A DNA stretch of 64,000 bases, from NCBI GenBank assembly GCA_035304545.1, contig DATGPV010000061.1, forward strand, positions 1,880 to 65,879. Direction: 5' to 3'. Shown piece by piece: positions 50,106 through 58,764 of this stretch. The notes under the pieces are model-generated. The model worked only from the letters and a program-made list of their open reading frames with translations. It did not search any database and had not been told where the DNA came from. Both the position numbers and the translations under genes were made by a program. Source of the DNA: Limnochordales bacterium (GTDB lineage: Bacteria; Bacillota; Limnochordia; Limnochordales; ZCTH02-B6). Each line of letters begins with the position of its first letter. The first letter of the stretch is position 1.

Positions 50106-50540
50106 TCACGCCGCGAAGGCCTTGTCTGCCTCGCTGGGCGGCACCACCACGATGGCACCCTTCGCGCACACGCTCTCGCACAGCTTGCAGCCCACGCACG
50201 ACCGGGGGTCCACCAGCTCGGCGATGCCGTGGAAGGAGGGCCCCGTCAGCGCCAGGCAGTCAAAGGGACAAATGTCCACGCAGAAGGTGCACCCGGTGCA
50301 GTGGTCCGGGTCCACCACCGGCTTGGGCCAGTTGCTGCGCCCGGCGATCCGGGGCAGCAAGTTGCCGAACTGGTCTTCGATGCACTCCACCGGGCAGGCG
50401 TAGCTGCACGCGTGGCAGTCGATGCACCGTGTCGGATCGATGACGTGGACTTGCTTGCGCTCGCCGGAGATGCAGTTCACGGGGCACACCTTGACACAAG
50501 CGGTGCACCCGATGCACGCGTCGGTAATAAAGTGCGCCAA
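50106..50540 (-). CDS. Polyferredoxin (four CxxCxxCxxxCP-type [4Fe-4S] motifs)
   Basis: 144 aa with CIGCTACVKVCP, CIDCHACSYACP, CTGCTFCVDICP and CVGCKLCESVCA. Confidence 0.85.
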   Translation of the reverse strand: MAHFITDACIGCTACVKVCPVNCISGERKQVHVIDPTRCIDCHACSYACPVECIEDQFGNLLPRIAGRSNWPKPVVDPDHCTGCTFCVDICPFDCLALTGPSFHGIAELVDPRSCVGCKLCESVCAKGAIVVVPPSEADKAFAA

Positions 50541-50585
50541 CGTTACGCCCTCCCCAAGGGACTCCAGGTCCCACGCTTAGGGGCA

Positions 50586-51155
50586 TTATAACAAAGACGA
50601 CGCTTCCGTGCCAAACGGGCCTGCGGCGCCCGCCCCCGCCACCGCGGCCGCCAGGCCCTCCACGTCCACCACCAAGATACCCGGCACCGCCCGCCGGGCC
50701 CCCTCGTCGGCCCGGCGGCGCAACAGCACCACGCAGGGGGCCACTGCTCCCTGAGGGCCCAACTGCTGCCCCTCGGCCGCCAGTGCCCGGGCCCGCTGGG
50801 CCGCCTGCCGCAGCGCCCGCACCAAACCCCGGCCCCGGCTGTAGTTGGCCACCGGGGACGTCACCACCGCCCAGGTCCGGTCGGGGCCCACCAAGTATCC
50901 TTGCCACATGGTAGGCCCGCTGCCTCGGACGGCTTTGACCCGCCAACCCTCGGGCAACGCCGCCAATTGCCGCTGCAACTCCTTAACCGCAGCCTCCAGC
51001 TGCCAGCTGGTCAAGAGGCGGGAGGCCATCATCCCCATGACGGCGATCCCCAAGGTGCCGAACATCCGGAAAAAGCCGATGCCAAATTCGTTGTAGAGCC
51101 GGAACAGGCTGCCGACGGCAAAGGCCACCACCAGCAGGGGGACCGCCCGGGCCAC
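50586..51155 (-). CDS. Membrane-anchored hypothetical protein (2 TM plus a degenerate NERD-like soluble domain)
   Basis: 189 aa. The N-terminus has VPLLVVAFAVGSLF and FGTLGIAVMGMMASRLL helices. The soluble part, ...WQGYLVGPDRTWAVVTSP..., resembles NERD topology but lacks obvious catalytic residues. Confidence 0.5.
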   Translation of the reverse strand: MARAVPLLVVAFAVGSLFRLYNEFGIGFFRMFGTLGIAVMGMMASRLLTSWQLEAAVKELQRQLAALPEGWRVKAVRGSGPTMWQGYLVGPDRTWAVVTSPVANYSRGRGLVRALRQAAQRARALAAEGQQLGPQGAVAPCVVLLRRRADEGARRAVPGILVVDVEGLAAAVAGAGAAGPFGTEASSLL

Positions 51156-51173
51156 CGCGCCTTCCTCCTGCTC

Positions 51174-52163
51174 CTACCGTCCGAGCCGGGCCAGCCAGCG
51201 CACCAGCTCCGCCCGCTCCTCGTCGGTCATGGGCATGGGCGGCATCTGGGTCGGCGGCAGCGGCACCGGGTTGGGCAACGCGAGCTGCTCCCAGACGCTG
51301 CCCCACCGATCATCGTCGGGGCCGCCGGCACCGGCGGTGCCCACCGGTGCGGCCTGGGCCGCCGCGGTGCGCCGCTGGGCAGCGCCCGCCGCCGCGTAGG
51401 GCAGCGGTCCGCTGTAGTTGGACCAGTAGACAGGCGCCCGGTTTTCCATGGCCGGCGGGTTCTCGACCCACCGGTAAAGGAAGGCCTCCCACTCCTCCAC
51501 CGGCAGCAGCTGGGTCCACGCCCCCACCACGGTCAGGTCGGGACCCACATTGCCGCCGATGCCGTTCATGCTGTGGCACGCCATGCAGCCCCGGTCGTGG
51601 AAGATCTCCTTGGCGCGGCGGTTTTCCTCGGGCGTCAAGCCGGCCGCGTCGGGAAGGCGGCTCAGCAGCACTTCCCGGTCATCGGGGATCTCCGGCGGCG
51701 GGATGTGGGCCGACACCTGGCTCCAGTCGCCCATCATGATAAAGGTCGCCACGGCCCGCAGGTACAGCTCGTTCAAGGGCCCGCCGTGCACCGCGCCAAA
51801 GGTGGGCATGGCGGTATAGGACGCCCACTCGCCCGTCACCAGCCGCTCCCAGCGGGGGTTTGTGGTGCCCGGCCGCCCGTCCCGAACGGTGCTCACAATA
51901 AATTCAAAGGTGTCCTTATCCTCAGCGGGATGGCCCCGGAACTCCTCCCGGTTGAGGGGAGGCCCGACAAAGCCCTGGCCCGCGGCCCCGTGGCAGACGA
52001 CGCAGTTTTCCGCGTAGGTGAGCATTCCCCGATGAATGAGGTCGTCGTAGTGCTCCTGCTCGGCTCTGGCCATGCGGGTTCCCTCAAAGGCCAGGTACAG
52101 ACCCCAAGTAATGATCAGTGCCCACACCAGCACGAGGACGACGATGTACCTTCTCCCGCTCAC
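51174..52163 (-). CDS. Membrane-anchored dihaem c-type cytochrome (probable cytochrome c subunit of the bc-type complex)
   Basis: 329 aa with an N-terminal TM (YIVVLVLVWALIITWGLYLAF) and two CxxCH motifs (CVVCH, CMACH). The GTG start follows AAAGGAG. Confidence 0.85.
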   Translation of the reverse strand: MSGRRYIVVLVLVWALIITWGLYLAFEGTRMARAEQEHYDDLIHRGMLTYAENCVVCHGAAGQGFVGPPLNREEFRGHPAEDKDTFEFIVSTVRDGRPGTTNPRWERLVTGEWASYTAMPTFGAVHGGPLNELYLRAVATFIMMGDWSQVSAHIPPPEIPDDREVLLSRLPDAAGLTPEENRRAKEIFHDRGCMACHSMNGIGGNVGPDLTVVGAWTQLLPVEEWEAFLYRWVENPPAMENRAPVYWSNYSGPLPYAAAGAAQRRTAAAQAAPVGTAGAGGPDDDRWGSVWEQLALPNPVPLPPTQMPPMPMTDEERAELVRWLARLGR

Positions 52164-52198
52164 AAGGGAACGACTCCTTTCACCCGAGGGCCAAGCCG

Positions 52199-52327
52199 TC
52201 AGTCTTCGTCATCCGCGGCCCCTTCGTCCCGGTCCATCCACTTCTGCGCAAAATACATGATGGCAAGGGTCAAGAAAAAGGTCGTGAAGACCAACAAGAG
52301 CTCGACCGCGTCGGATACGTGGTACAC
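52199..52327 (-). CDS. 42-aa single-TM protein between the Rieske and cytochrome c genes (candidate small subunit; below ORF-track cut-off)
   Basis: Hand translation gives VYHVSDAVELLLVFTTFFLTLAIMYFAQKWMDRDEGAADDED. The GTG is preceded by GGAGGGCTGGAGG, and the ORF fills an otherwise unexplained 177-nt gap. Confidence 0.5.
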   Translation of the reverse strand: MYHVSDAVELLLVFTTFFLTLAIMYFAQKWMDRDEGAADDED

Positions 52328-52340
52328 CCTCCAGCCCTCC

Positions 52341-52853
52341 TTACACGGGCGTCACGTGATCGGGGCGGTGGCGATCCCGCTCCCGGATGTCGCCCGTGTC
52401 CACCAACAGCCGGCCGCCCCGGATCTCCACCCGCATGTAGTCCATAGGCCGGGGCGCCGGACCCGCGATGTTTTGCCCCGTGGGCTCATACACCGAACCG
52501 TGGCAAGGGCAGATGAACAGCCCCTGGGCATCCACCCACGGCACCGTGCAGCCCAGGTGCGGGCAGCGCCAGTACAGGGCGATGACGCCTTCCGGCAAGC
52601 GGGAGATGTAAAACCGCCCGTCGCGAATGCGGGTCACCGTCCCGACGGGGTAGTTTTCAATGGGCCCCGCGTCGATGACCGTACCGAAGCCCTCCACTTT
52701 CCGGGGCCAAAACATGGCCAAGCCCGTCACCGCCGCCTGCACCGCGAACAGCCCCGCGGATGCCCACATCACGTTGCGCAATAGGCCGCGGCGGCTCATG
52801 GCCTGCTGGTCCTTGGCCGCCTGCTGCTGCTCCTTGCCCTCGGCCTCCGCCAT
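52341..52853 (-). CDS. qcrA: Rieske [2Fe-2S] subunit of menaquinol:cytochrome c reductase
   Basis: 170 aa with a Tat-like SRRGLLR plus TM, and CPHLGC...CPCHGS cluster boxes. Confidence 0.9.
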   Translation of the reverse strand: MAEAEGKEQQQAAKDQQAMSRRGLLRNVMWASAGLFAVQAAVTGLAMFWPRKVEGFGTVIDAGPIENYPVGTVTRIRDGRFYISRLPEGVIALYWRCPHLGCTVPWVDAQGLFICPCHGSVYEPTGQNIAGPAPRPMDYMRVEIRGGRLLVDTGDIRERDRHRPDHVTPV

Positions 52854-52885
52854 GCCAGTTCACCTCTTCAACGTGCCTCTTCGAC

Positions 52886-53644
52886 TTACTCCTTGCCGAT
52901 GGGCGGATACGGGATGTCCCACGGCCACGACAACGCCATCCCCTCGCCCCGGAAAGCCGTGCCGATGATGGTGAGCACGATAAAGGAGGCGAGGAAGAAG
53001 GTGTACATCGCGATCATGCACTCCCGCACGTCCGCCTGCCAGCGCCGTTTGACGATCACCCACAAGGAGAAGGGAATGAACGTCATAAAAACGATGGGCA
53101 CGAAGATCTCCGCGAACGCGTCCGAAAACCCGTGCATCTTGAGGAAGGGCGCGATCCCGAAGCTGCCGCCCGCGGGCAGCCACTCGTCCATAAGGATCAG
53201 GCCGACGTTCCAGATGGTCGTGTAAATCGCGGAGAACACCGCGATGGGCACGCCCTTCTTGCTGTAAAACCAAATGCCGGTCCCCTTCTTGCTCCGGTCG
53301 ATGTACGGGATCGCGGCCAACAGCACCAGCACCGCCGTGGGCACGACGACGCCCGCCAGGGCCGGGTGCATGTGCAACAAGAGCTCCTGCAGACCCAGGA
53401 AGTACCAGGGCGCCTTGGAGGGGTTTGGGGTCAGCTCGGGATCCGCCATCCGGTAAAAGGGCGCCCGCACGAAGATGGCCATGATGGACAAGAGGAGGGT
53501 GATGGTCAGCGCACCGATGAGCTCGATGCTGACCAGGTGCGGCCACACGTGTACTGGCCGCAGCTCTTTTTCGTCCACCGTCCTCAGCAAGTCATCCGTG
53601 CCCTCACCCGGCGAGGGCTGCTGCACTTCCGTCGCCATGGACAC
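52886..53644 (-). CDS. Cytochrome b6f/bc subunit IV-like protein (C-terminal half of cytochrome b) with extra C-terminal helices
   Basis: 252 aa. The Qo-loop region is TPNPSKAPWYFLGLQELL (PEWY position reads APWY, codons 53413..53402). About two extra TM helices follow. Confidence 0.85.
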   Translation of the reverse strand: MSMATEVQQPSPGEGTDDLLRTVDEKELRPVHVWPHLVSIELIGALTITLLLSIMAIFVRAPFYRMADPELTPNPSKAPWYFLGLQELLLHMHPALAGVVVPTAVLVLLAAIPYIDRSKKGTGIWFYSKKGVPIAVFSAIYTTIWNVGLILMDEWLPAGGSFGIAPFLKMHGFSDAFAEIFVPIVFMTFIPFSLWVIVKRRWQADVRECMIAMYTFFLASFIVLTIIGTAFRGEGMALSWPWDIPYPPIGKE

Positions 53645-53655
53645 CGTGTCCCTCC

Positions 53656-54444
53656 CTACTGACCCAGCTGCTGCTGCCGGCGCCGCGTCTCCACCGCACG
53701 CAGCGTCTCTTCCTCGTCATCTTCGTAGACGGGCGTGGAGATGTTGCCATCCTTGCGCACCCGCCAGAAGTGGGTGGCCATCAGCAGGATGGCGGCCAGG
53801 GGCAGGAAGATGACGTGCAGGGTATACCAGCGGATGAGCGTCTGCTGGCCGATCTCAAAACCGCCCAAGAGCGCCATGCGCACCTGCTTCCCGATGAAGG
53901 GCGTCGCGCCGCCCATCTCCATGCCCACCGCGATAGCCCAGTACGCCAGCTGGTCCCAGGGGAGGAGGTAGCCGCTGAAGCTCAGCAGGCACGTCACCAA
54001 CAGCAGAGCGACGCCGATGACCCAGTTGAAATCCCGGGGCGGCTTGTACGCGCCCGTATAAAACACCCGGGTCATGTGGGCCAACACCGCCAGCACCATG
54101 GCGTGGGCCGCCCACCGGTGCATGTTGCGCAAAAACGCGCCAAAGGTGACTCCGGTTTCCAGCTGGACGATGGTCCAGTAGGCGTCCTGTGTAGTGGGGA
54201 TGTAATACCACATCAAGAACACACCGGTGACCGTCAGGATGACGAAGGTCCAGGTGGCGAGCCCGCCCAGGCCCCAGGTGTAGGTGACACGGGTCGCCCG
54301 CTTCGGCACGCGCACCGGGTGCAAGTGCAAGGCGAGGCTGTTGAGGATCACCATCGCCCGCGTTCGCCGGTCGCGGGGGTAAGGATTGCGGTAGATGGAT
54401 TTCCACAGCCGCGACGACGTGATGTATCTCCATATACTGCTCAT
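53656..54444 (-). CDS. qcrB: Cytochrome b6-type subunit (N-terminal half of cytochrome b)
   Basis: 262 aa. It aligns along its length with plastid/cyanobacterial b6 (recalled from memory). The His ligands are in RNMHRWAAHAMVLAVLAHM and YTLHVIFLPLAAILLMATHF. The b6 CLGG motif reads GLGG. Confidence 0.9.
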   Translation of the reverse strand: MSSIWRYITSSRLWKSIYRNPYPRDRRTRAMVILNSLALHLHPVRVPKRATRVTYTWGLGGLATWTFVILTVTGVFLMWYYIPTTQDAYWTIVQLETGVTFGAFLRNMHRWAAHAMVLAVLAHMTRVFYTGAYKPPRDFNWVIGVALLLVTCLLSFSGYLLPWDQLAYWAIAVGMEMGGATPFIGKQVRMALLGGFEIGQQTLIRWYTLHVIFLPLAAILLMATHFWRVRKDGNISTPVYEDDEEETLRAVETRRRQQQLGQ

Positions 54445-54650
54445 GTCGTACCCGAGACCTCCCCGGCACGCCTTGGCACACTACGGCACACCTATAGTCG
54501 TTTCGCTTCGCAGAGAGACGATTCCTTCCCGAGCCCGGCCTTTGAAACCTAATATTCCCCTGGCCGGGTCCCGCTACCATGCCCCAGCCGCCGTCCCCTG
54601 CCGGAGCGAATCCCCGCACCCGCCGGGCTCGCCGCGCGGCGCCGGCCCGG

Positions 54651-55526
54651 TCAATCCAGCGGCGGCGGGAAACCCAACTCGCCCGGGACGTGGGCGGTGA
54701 GCTGGCCCGCCTGGTCCCACACCGCCGCCAGGACAAAAGGATCGTGGTAAAAGGTCAGCCACCACCCCTGGGACTGCGCCTTCCCCAGCCAGCGCTCCTT
54801 TTGGGCGACGCTGGTGAGGGGAAAGTTGTCGTAGGCCATGACCCACAGCGGGTTCAAATGCGCATGGGTGGGCAGCAGATCCCCCAGGTGCAGCACCGTC
54901 CTGTCGCCCGCCTCGATGCGCACCGCCTGGTGGCCGTGGGTGTGGCCGCCCGTCAGGTGCAGATGCACCCCGGGGACCAGCTCCACGTCGCCGTCCACCA
55001 GCTCCACCTGGCCCGCCGCCCAGAGGGGCTGCCAGTTTTCCGGCCAGTAGCCGTGGCGGGTGCGGCGATCGGGGTTGGTGGCCGCTACCCACTCGGCCCG
55101 CTGCACCACGTAGCGGGCCCGGGGAAAGGCCGGCCGCAGGTCGCCCCCGTCCCTACGGACGCCGCCGCTGGTGTGGTCCCAGTCCATGTGGGTGTACACC
55201 ACAAAGTCAATGTCGGCGGGCTTAAGCCCCAGCCGCGCCAGGTCCTCCTCCAGCGCCGGCAAGGCTTCGACCCGGAAGTTGCGCCGCTGCTTGTCGCTGA
55301 GGCCGTGGCCGATGCCGGCTTCGATGAGGAGGCGCGCCTTGGGGGTGAGCACCAGCAGCGGGTACGCCTGCATGGGAATGCTGTTGTGCTGGTCGCACGG
55401 ATACCGCCGCCGCCACAAGGGTTTGGGGACCGGGCCAAACATGGCCCCGCCGTCCAGGCGAAACCGCCCGCCCCTCAGCCAGTGGATGCGCACCGCGCCC
55501 AGGTCCAAGACCCCGGCCACGCCCAT
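54651..55526 (-). CDS. MBL-fold metallo-hydrolase
   Basis: 291 aa: VVYTHMDWDHTSG (HxHxDH-like) and GGHTHGHQAV. Confidence 0.8.
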   Translation of the reverse strand: MGVAGVLDLGAVRIHWLRGGRFRLDGGAMFGPVPKPLWRRRYPCDQHNSIPMQAYPLLVLTPKARLLIEAGIGHGLSDKQRRNFRVEALPALEEDLARLGLKPADIDFVVYTHMDWDHTSGGVRRDGGDLRPAFPRARYVVQRAEWVAATNPDRRTRHGYWPENWQPLWAAGQVELVDGDVELVPGVHLHLTGGHTHGHQAVRIEAGDRTVLHLGDLLPTHAHLNPLWVMAYDNFPLTSVAQKERWLGKAQSQGWWLTFYHDPFVLAAVWDQAGQLTAHVPGELGFPPPLD

Positions 55527-55532
55527 CCCCCT

Positions 55533-56621
55533 TCAGTCGTAAAGCGCCCGCACCGTGTCGTGATCCAGCCGCTGCACCAGGGCCGTCACCAGGCGGGCGG
55601 CCGCCTCAAAATCGTCCCGGTGCAGGATGCCCACGTGGCTGTGGATGTAGCGGGTCGGCACCCCGATGCAGATGGCCGCCACCCCCTGGCCGAACAGGTG
55701 GATGCGCCCCGCGTCGGTGCCGCCGCCAGGCATGACGTCAAACTGCAGCGGGATGCCCTCGTCCTCCGCGACGTCGATAATCAGGTCCCGCAGCTGCACG
55801 TTGGGCACCAGCGTCGCGTCGTACAGCAGCACCGTCGGCCCCTGGCCCAGCTTGCTCTGGGCTTCTTCGGGCTTCATCCCGGGCACGTCGCCGGCGATGG
55901 ACACCTCCAGGGCGATGCCCACGTCGGGCTCGATGGCATGCGCGCTGGTCTGGGCCCCCCGCAGGCCGACCTCCTCCTGCACCGTGCCTACGCCGTACAC
56001 GGTGTTGGGGTGCGCCACGTCCTGCAGTCGGCGCAGCACCTCCACGGCCAGGGCGCAGCCCACCCGGTTGTCCAAGGCCTTGGCCATGATCAGCTTCTCG
56101 TTTTTCATCAACGAAAACTCGCTGTAGGGCACGATGGGATCGCCGGGGCGAATGCCCATGGCCAGGGCCTCTTCTTTGCTCGCGGCGCCCACGTCAATGA
56201 ACATGTCCTTCTTTTCCACGGGCTTTTTGCGGTCCTCCGCCGACATGACGTGGGGCGGCTTGGAGCCGATGACGCCCGGCACGTCGCCTTGGCGGGTCTT
56301 GACCACCACCCGTTGGGCCAGCAGCACCTGATCCCACCAGCCCCCCAAGGGTTGGAAGCGCAAGAAGCCGTCGTCGGTGATGAGGGACACCAGAAAACCC
56401 ACTTCGTCCAGGTGACCCGCCAGCATGATGCGGGGGCTGTCCGCGGCACCCCCCTTGCGGGCAATGACGCTGCCCAGCCGGTCGCGGGTCACCTCGGCCA
56501 AGGGCGCCAAGTAACGCTCCATCACCTGGCGCGCTTCCCGCTCGAAACCGGGCACGCCCGCCGCGCTGGTCAAGTCCCGCAGCAGCTCCAGCGTAAAGTC
56601 CTTATCGTTGCCCCCGCTCAA
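55533..56621 (-). CDS. M42-family aminopeptidase (FrvX/YsdC/glutamyl aminopeptidase-like)
   Basis: 362 aa: [23 protein letters not shown]...[13 protein letters not shown]...[10 protein letters not shown]. Confidence 0.85.
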   Translation of the reverse strand: MSGGNDKDFTLELLRDLTSAAGVPGFEREARQVMERYLAPLAEVTRDRLGSVIARKGGAADSPRIMLAGHLDEVGFLVSLITDDGFLRFQPLGGWWDQVLLAQRVVVKTRQGDVPGVIGSKPPHVMSAEDRKKPVEKKDMFIDVGAASKEEALAMGIRPGDPIVPYSEFSLMKNEKLIMAKALDNRVGCALAVEVLRRLQDVAHPNTVYGVGTVQEEVGLRGAQTSAHAIEPDVGIALEVSIAGDVPGMKPEEAQSKLGQGPTVLLYDATLVPNVQLRDLIIDVAEDEGIPLQFDVMPGGGTDAGRIHLFGQGVAAICIGVPTRYIHSHVGILHRDDFEAAARLVTALVQRLDHDTVRALYD

Positions 56622-56693
56622 CGGTTTCCCTCCTCCGGCAAATCCAGCGTAAAGGTCCCGGGCGCCGCCTAAGGGCCGGGGCCCTGGGCCGCG

Positions 56694-57020
56694 TCAGCCG
56701 ATGGGCGTGCCCGGCGGCACTTCCCGGTCGGGCGCGAGGAGCACCACGCCGCCCGGGTCCATGGCGCCCAGCACCAGCACCTCCGACATGAACGTCGCAA
56801 TCTGCTTGGGCGGGAAGTTGACCACGGCCACCACCAGCCGGCCCACGAGATCTTCCTTGCTGTAGAGATCGGTGATCTGCGCGCTGGAACGCTTCACGCC
56901 CAGCTCGCCGAAGTCGATGAGCAGCTTGTAGGCCGGCCGGCGGGCTTCCGGGAAATCGTGCACCTCCAGCACCCGCCCGATCCGGATGTCCAGCTTTTGG
57001 AAATCCGCCCACGTGGCCAT
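56694..57020 (-). CDS. csaA: tRNA-binding-domain protein (CsaA-like)
   Basis: MATWADFQKLDIRIGRVLEVHDFPEARRPAYKLLIDFGELGVKRSSAQIT...; 108 aa. GGAGG lies 6 nt upstream of ATG 57020. Confidence 0.8.
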   Translation of the reverse strand: MATWADFQKLDIRIGRVLEVHDFPEARRPAYKLLIDFGELGVKRSSAQITDLYSKEDLVGRLVVAVVNFPPKQIATFMSEVLVLGAMDPGGVVLLAPDREVPPGTPIG

Positions 57021-57173
57021 GCCCATCCTCCTGCCCCGCCTCAGTTTTTGGCCGGCCCTCCAGGCCCCCACGGCCCCGCCGGCCCCCCCATTGCTTCGGT
57101 GGCCGGTGGGGCGGTCCCTCCCCGGCCCAGCGTCCCCTCCCCGCCCGGCGCAATGCGTTTGACAAATCGCATG

Positions 57174-57202
57174 TAGACAAAGGTAGGCAACTGTGATATA
57201 GT
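57174..57202 (+). promoter_or_regulatory. csp promoter
   Basis: TAGACA (57174..57179), a 17-nt spacer, then TATAGT (57197..57202) with a TGn extension. Confidence 0.5.
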
Positions 57203-57253
57203 TGCACCACACCCCGGCCCGGGGTGGCAACATCCGTGAGGAGGTCTACGTTT

Positions 57254-57460
57254 TTGCAGGAAGGAACGGTCAAGTGGTTTAACGCGGAGAAGGGCTACGG
57301 CTTCATCCAGCCGGACAGCGGCGAGGGTGATGTGTTCGTGCACTTCACGGCCATCAACGCCGAAGGGTTTCGGACGTTGGAGGAAGGCCAGCGGGTCACC
57401 TTTGAGGTCGTGCAGGGCCAGAAGGGCCCGCAAGCCGGCAATGTGACCGTCATCGGCTGA
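57254..57460 (+). CDS. csp: Cold-shock protein (CspA family)
   Basis: (M/L)[33 protein letters not shown]... carries RNP1/RNP2. The TTG at 57254 is 9 nt after GAGGAGG. The track start at 57224 adds an unlikely extension. Confidence 0.9.
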   Translation: MQEGTVKWFNAEKGYGFIQPDSGEGDVFVHFTAINAEGFRTLEEGQRVTFEVVQGQKGPQAGNVTVIG

Positions 57461-57492
57461 CGACCACCCAGCGACTGGACAACGGACCGAAG

Positions 57493-57518
57493 GGGCGGGA
57501 ACCATCCCGCCCTTTCTC
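57493..57518 (+). terminator. Intrinsic terminator after csp
   Basis: GGGCGGGA-acca-TCCCGCCC followed by TTTCTC. Confidence 0.65.
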
Positions 57519-57560
57519 GCGTCCGGAAGCCCCCCCAACCTGGCCACCGCCTCCCGCCGC

Positions 57561-58502
57561 CTACCGGGTCGGCGACGGCGCCAGAAGGCGCGCCTCAGGA
57601 GCCTGCACCGCCTCAGGTTCCGGCGTCACCTGCAGGCAGATGTAGGCCACGACGCCGAACATCACGGTGATGATCGCGCTGTGCAGCATCATGACCAGCA
57701 GGGACAGCTGGGTCAGCACCGAGAGGCCGCCGCTGAGCACTTGGCCCGCCACCAGGGCCACCGCCCACAGGCTGGCCCGGTAAATGTCGGGCCGCGCCCG
57801 GCGCTCGGCAAAGGCCAGCCGCAGCAGCCACAGCAACACCAGCACCGTCCCCGCGGCCGCCAGGCGGTGGGCAAACTGGATGCCCACCGGGCCGGTGAGC
57901 TCGGGGATCAGTTGCCCGTTGCACAAAGGCCAGTCCAGGCACGCGAGGTTGGAGTTGGTGTGCCGCACGTAGGCCCCGGTGTACACCACCCCGTAGACAT
58001 AAACCAGGCTGAACCACGCCCAGCTGCGCAGCCGCCCGGACACGGGCCGCGCCCGCCCCGTGCCGCCGCCGTGGAGCTGGTACAGCATGACGCCGGCCAG
58101 CGCCACCCCCGCGAAGGAGGCCAGGGAAATGCCAAAGTGCAGCGCCAGCATCCAGTCGGGCTGCGGCGCCAGCACCACCCACGCGCCCAGGGCCGACTGT
58201 ACTATGAGGAAGAACACCGAGATGCCCGCCAGCCAGCGCAGTTCCGGCCGCCACCCGTAGTTGCGCCACAGCACCACAGAAAAGATCAGGACCGCCAAAC
58301 CGGTGATGCCCGACACGGCCCGGTGGCTGTACTCGATGATGGAAGCCGTCTCCAAGGCCGGCAGCCATTCGCCGTGGCACAGCGGCCACGACGCGCCGCA
58401 GCCTTCTCCGGATCCGGTCTTGGTGACCAGCGCGCCCGCCATCAGCACCACGAACATGCCGACCACCGAGACCCAAACCACCCCTTTGAGTCCCCTCGTC
58501 AT
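57561..58502 (-). CDS. ctaA: Haem A synthase
   Basis: 313 aa, 8 TM. GSGEGCGASWPLCHG and NLACLDWPLCNG are paired-Cys loops typical of the Bacillus-type CtaA, and conserved His residues are present. Confidence 0.9.
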   Translation of the reverse strand: MTRGLKGVVWVSVVGMFVVLMAGALVTKTGSGEGCGASWPLCHGEWLPALETASIIEYSHRAVSGITGLAVLIFSVVLWRNYGWRPELRWLAGISVFFLIVQSALGAWVVLAPQPDWMLALHFGISLASFAGVALAGVMLYQLHGGGTGRARPVSGRLRSWAWFSLVYVYGVVYTGAYVRHTNSNLACLDWPLCNGQLIPELTGPVGIQFAHRLAAAGTVLVLLWLLRLAFAERRARPDIYRASLWAVALVAGQVLSGGLSVLTQLSLLVMMLHSAIITVMFGVVAYICLQVTPEPEAVQAPEARLLAPSPTR

Positions 58503-58764
58503 GCCCTACCCTCGCCTTCCCTTTCCCCGACCTTTGTCTTGCGGGCACGACGCGGCCCCATGGCGGGAGGCATCCGCGTCCTGGGGCGTGCTGCTGCGCC
58601 TTCTGGCTTGTGGTTCTCCACCGCCGGAGCGCATCCTCTCGCCGCCAGCTGCGGCCGCAGCCCATCCAGGCAAAGCCTATCCTTCGTCCCGTCCCTTCGG
58701 GACATTCGTCCCGGCCCCTAGGGGCCACGCGACCCTTGTCCGGGCGCGGCGTGTCCCGCGAAGT

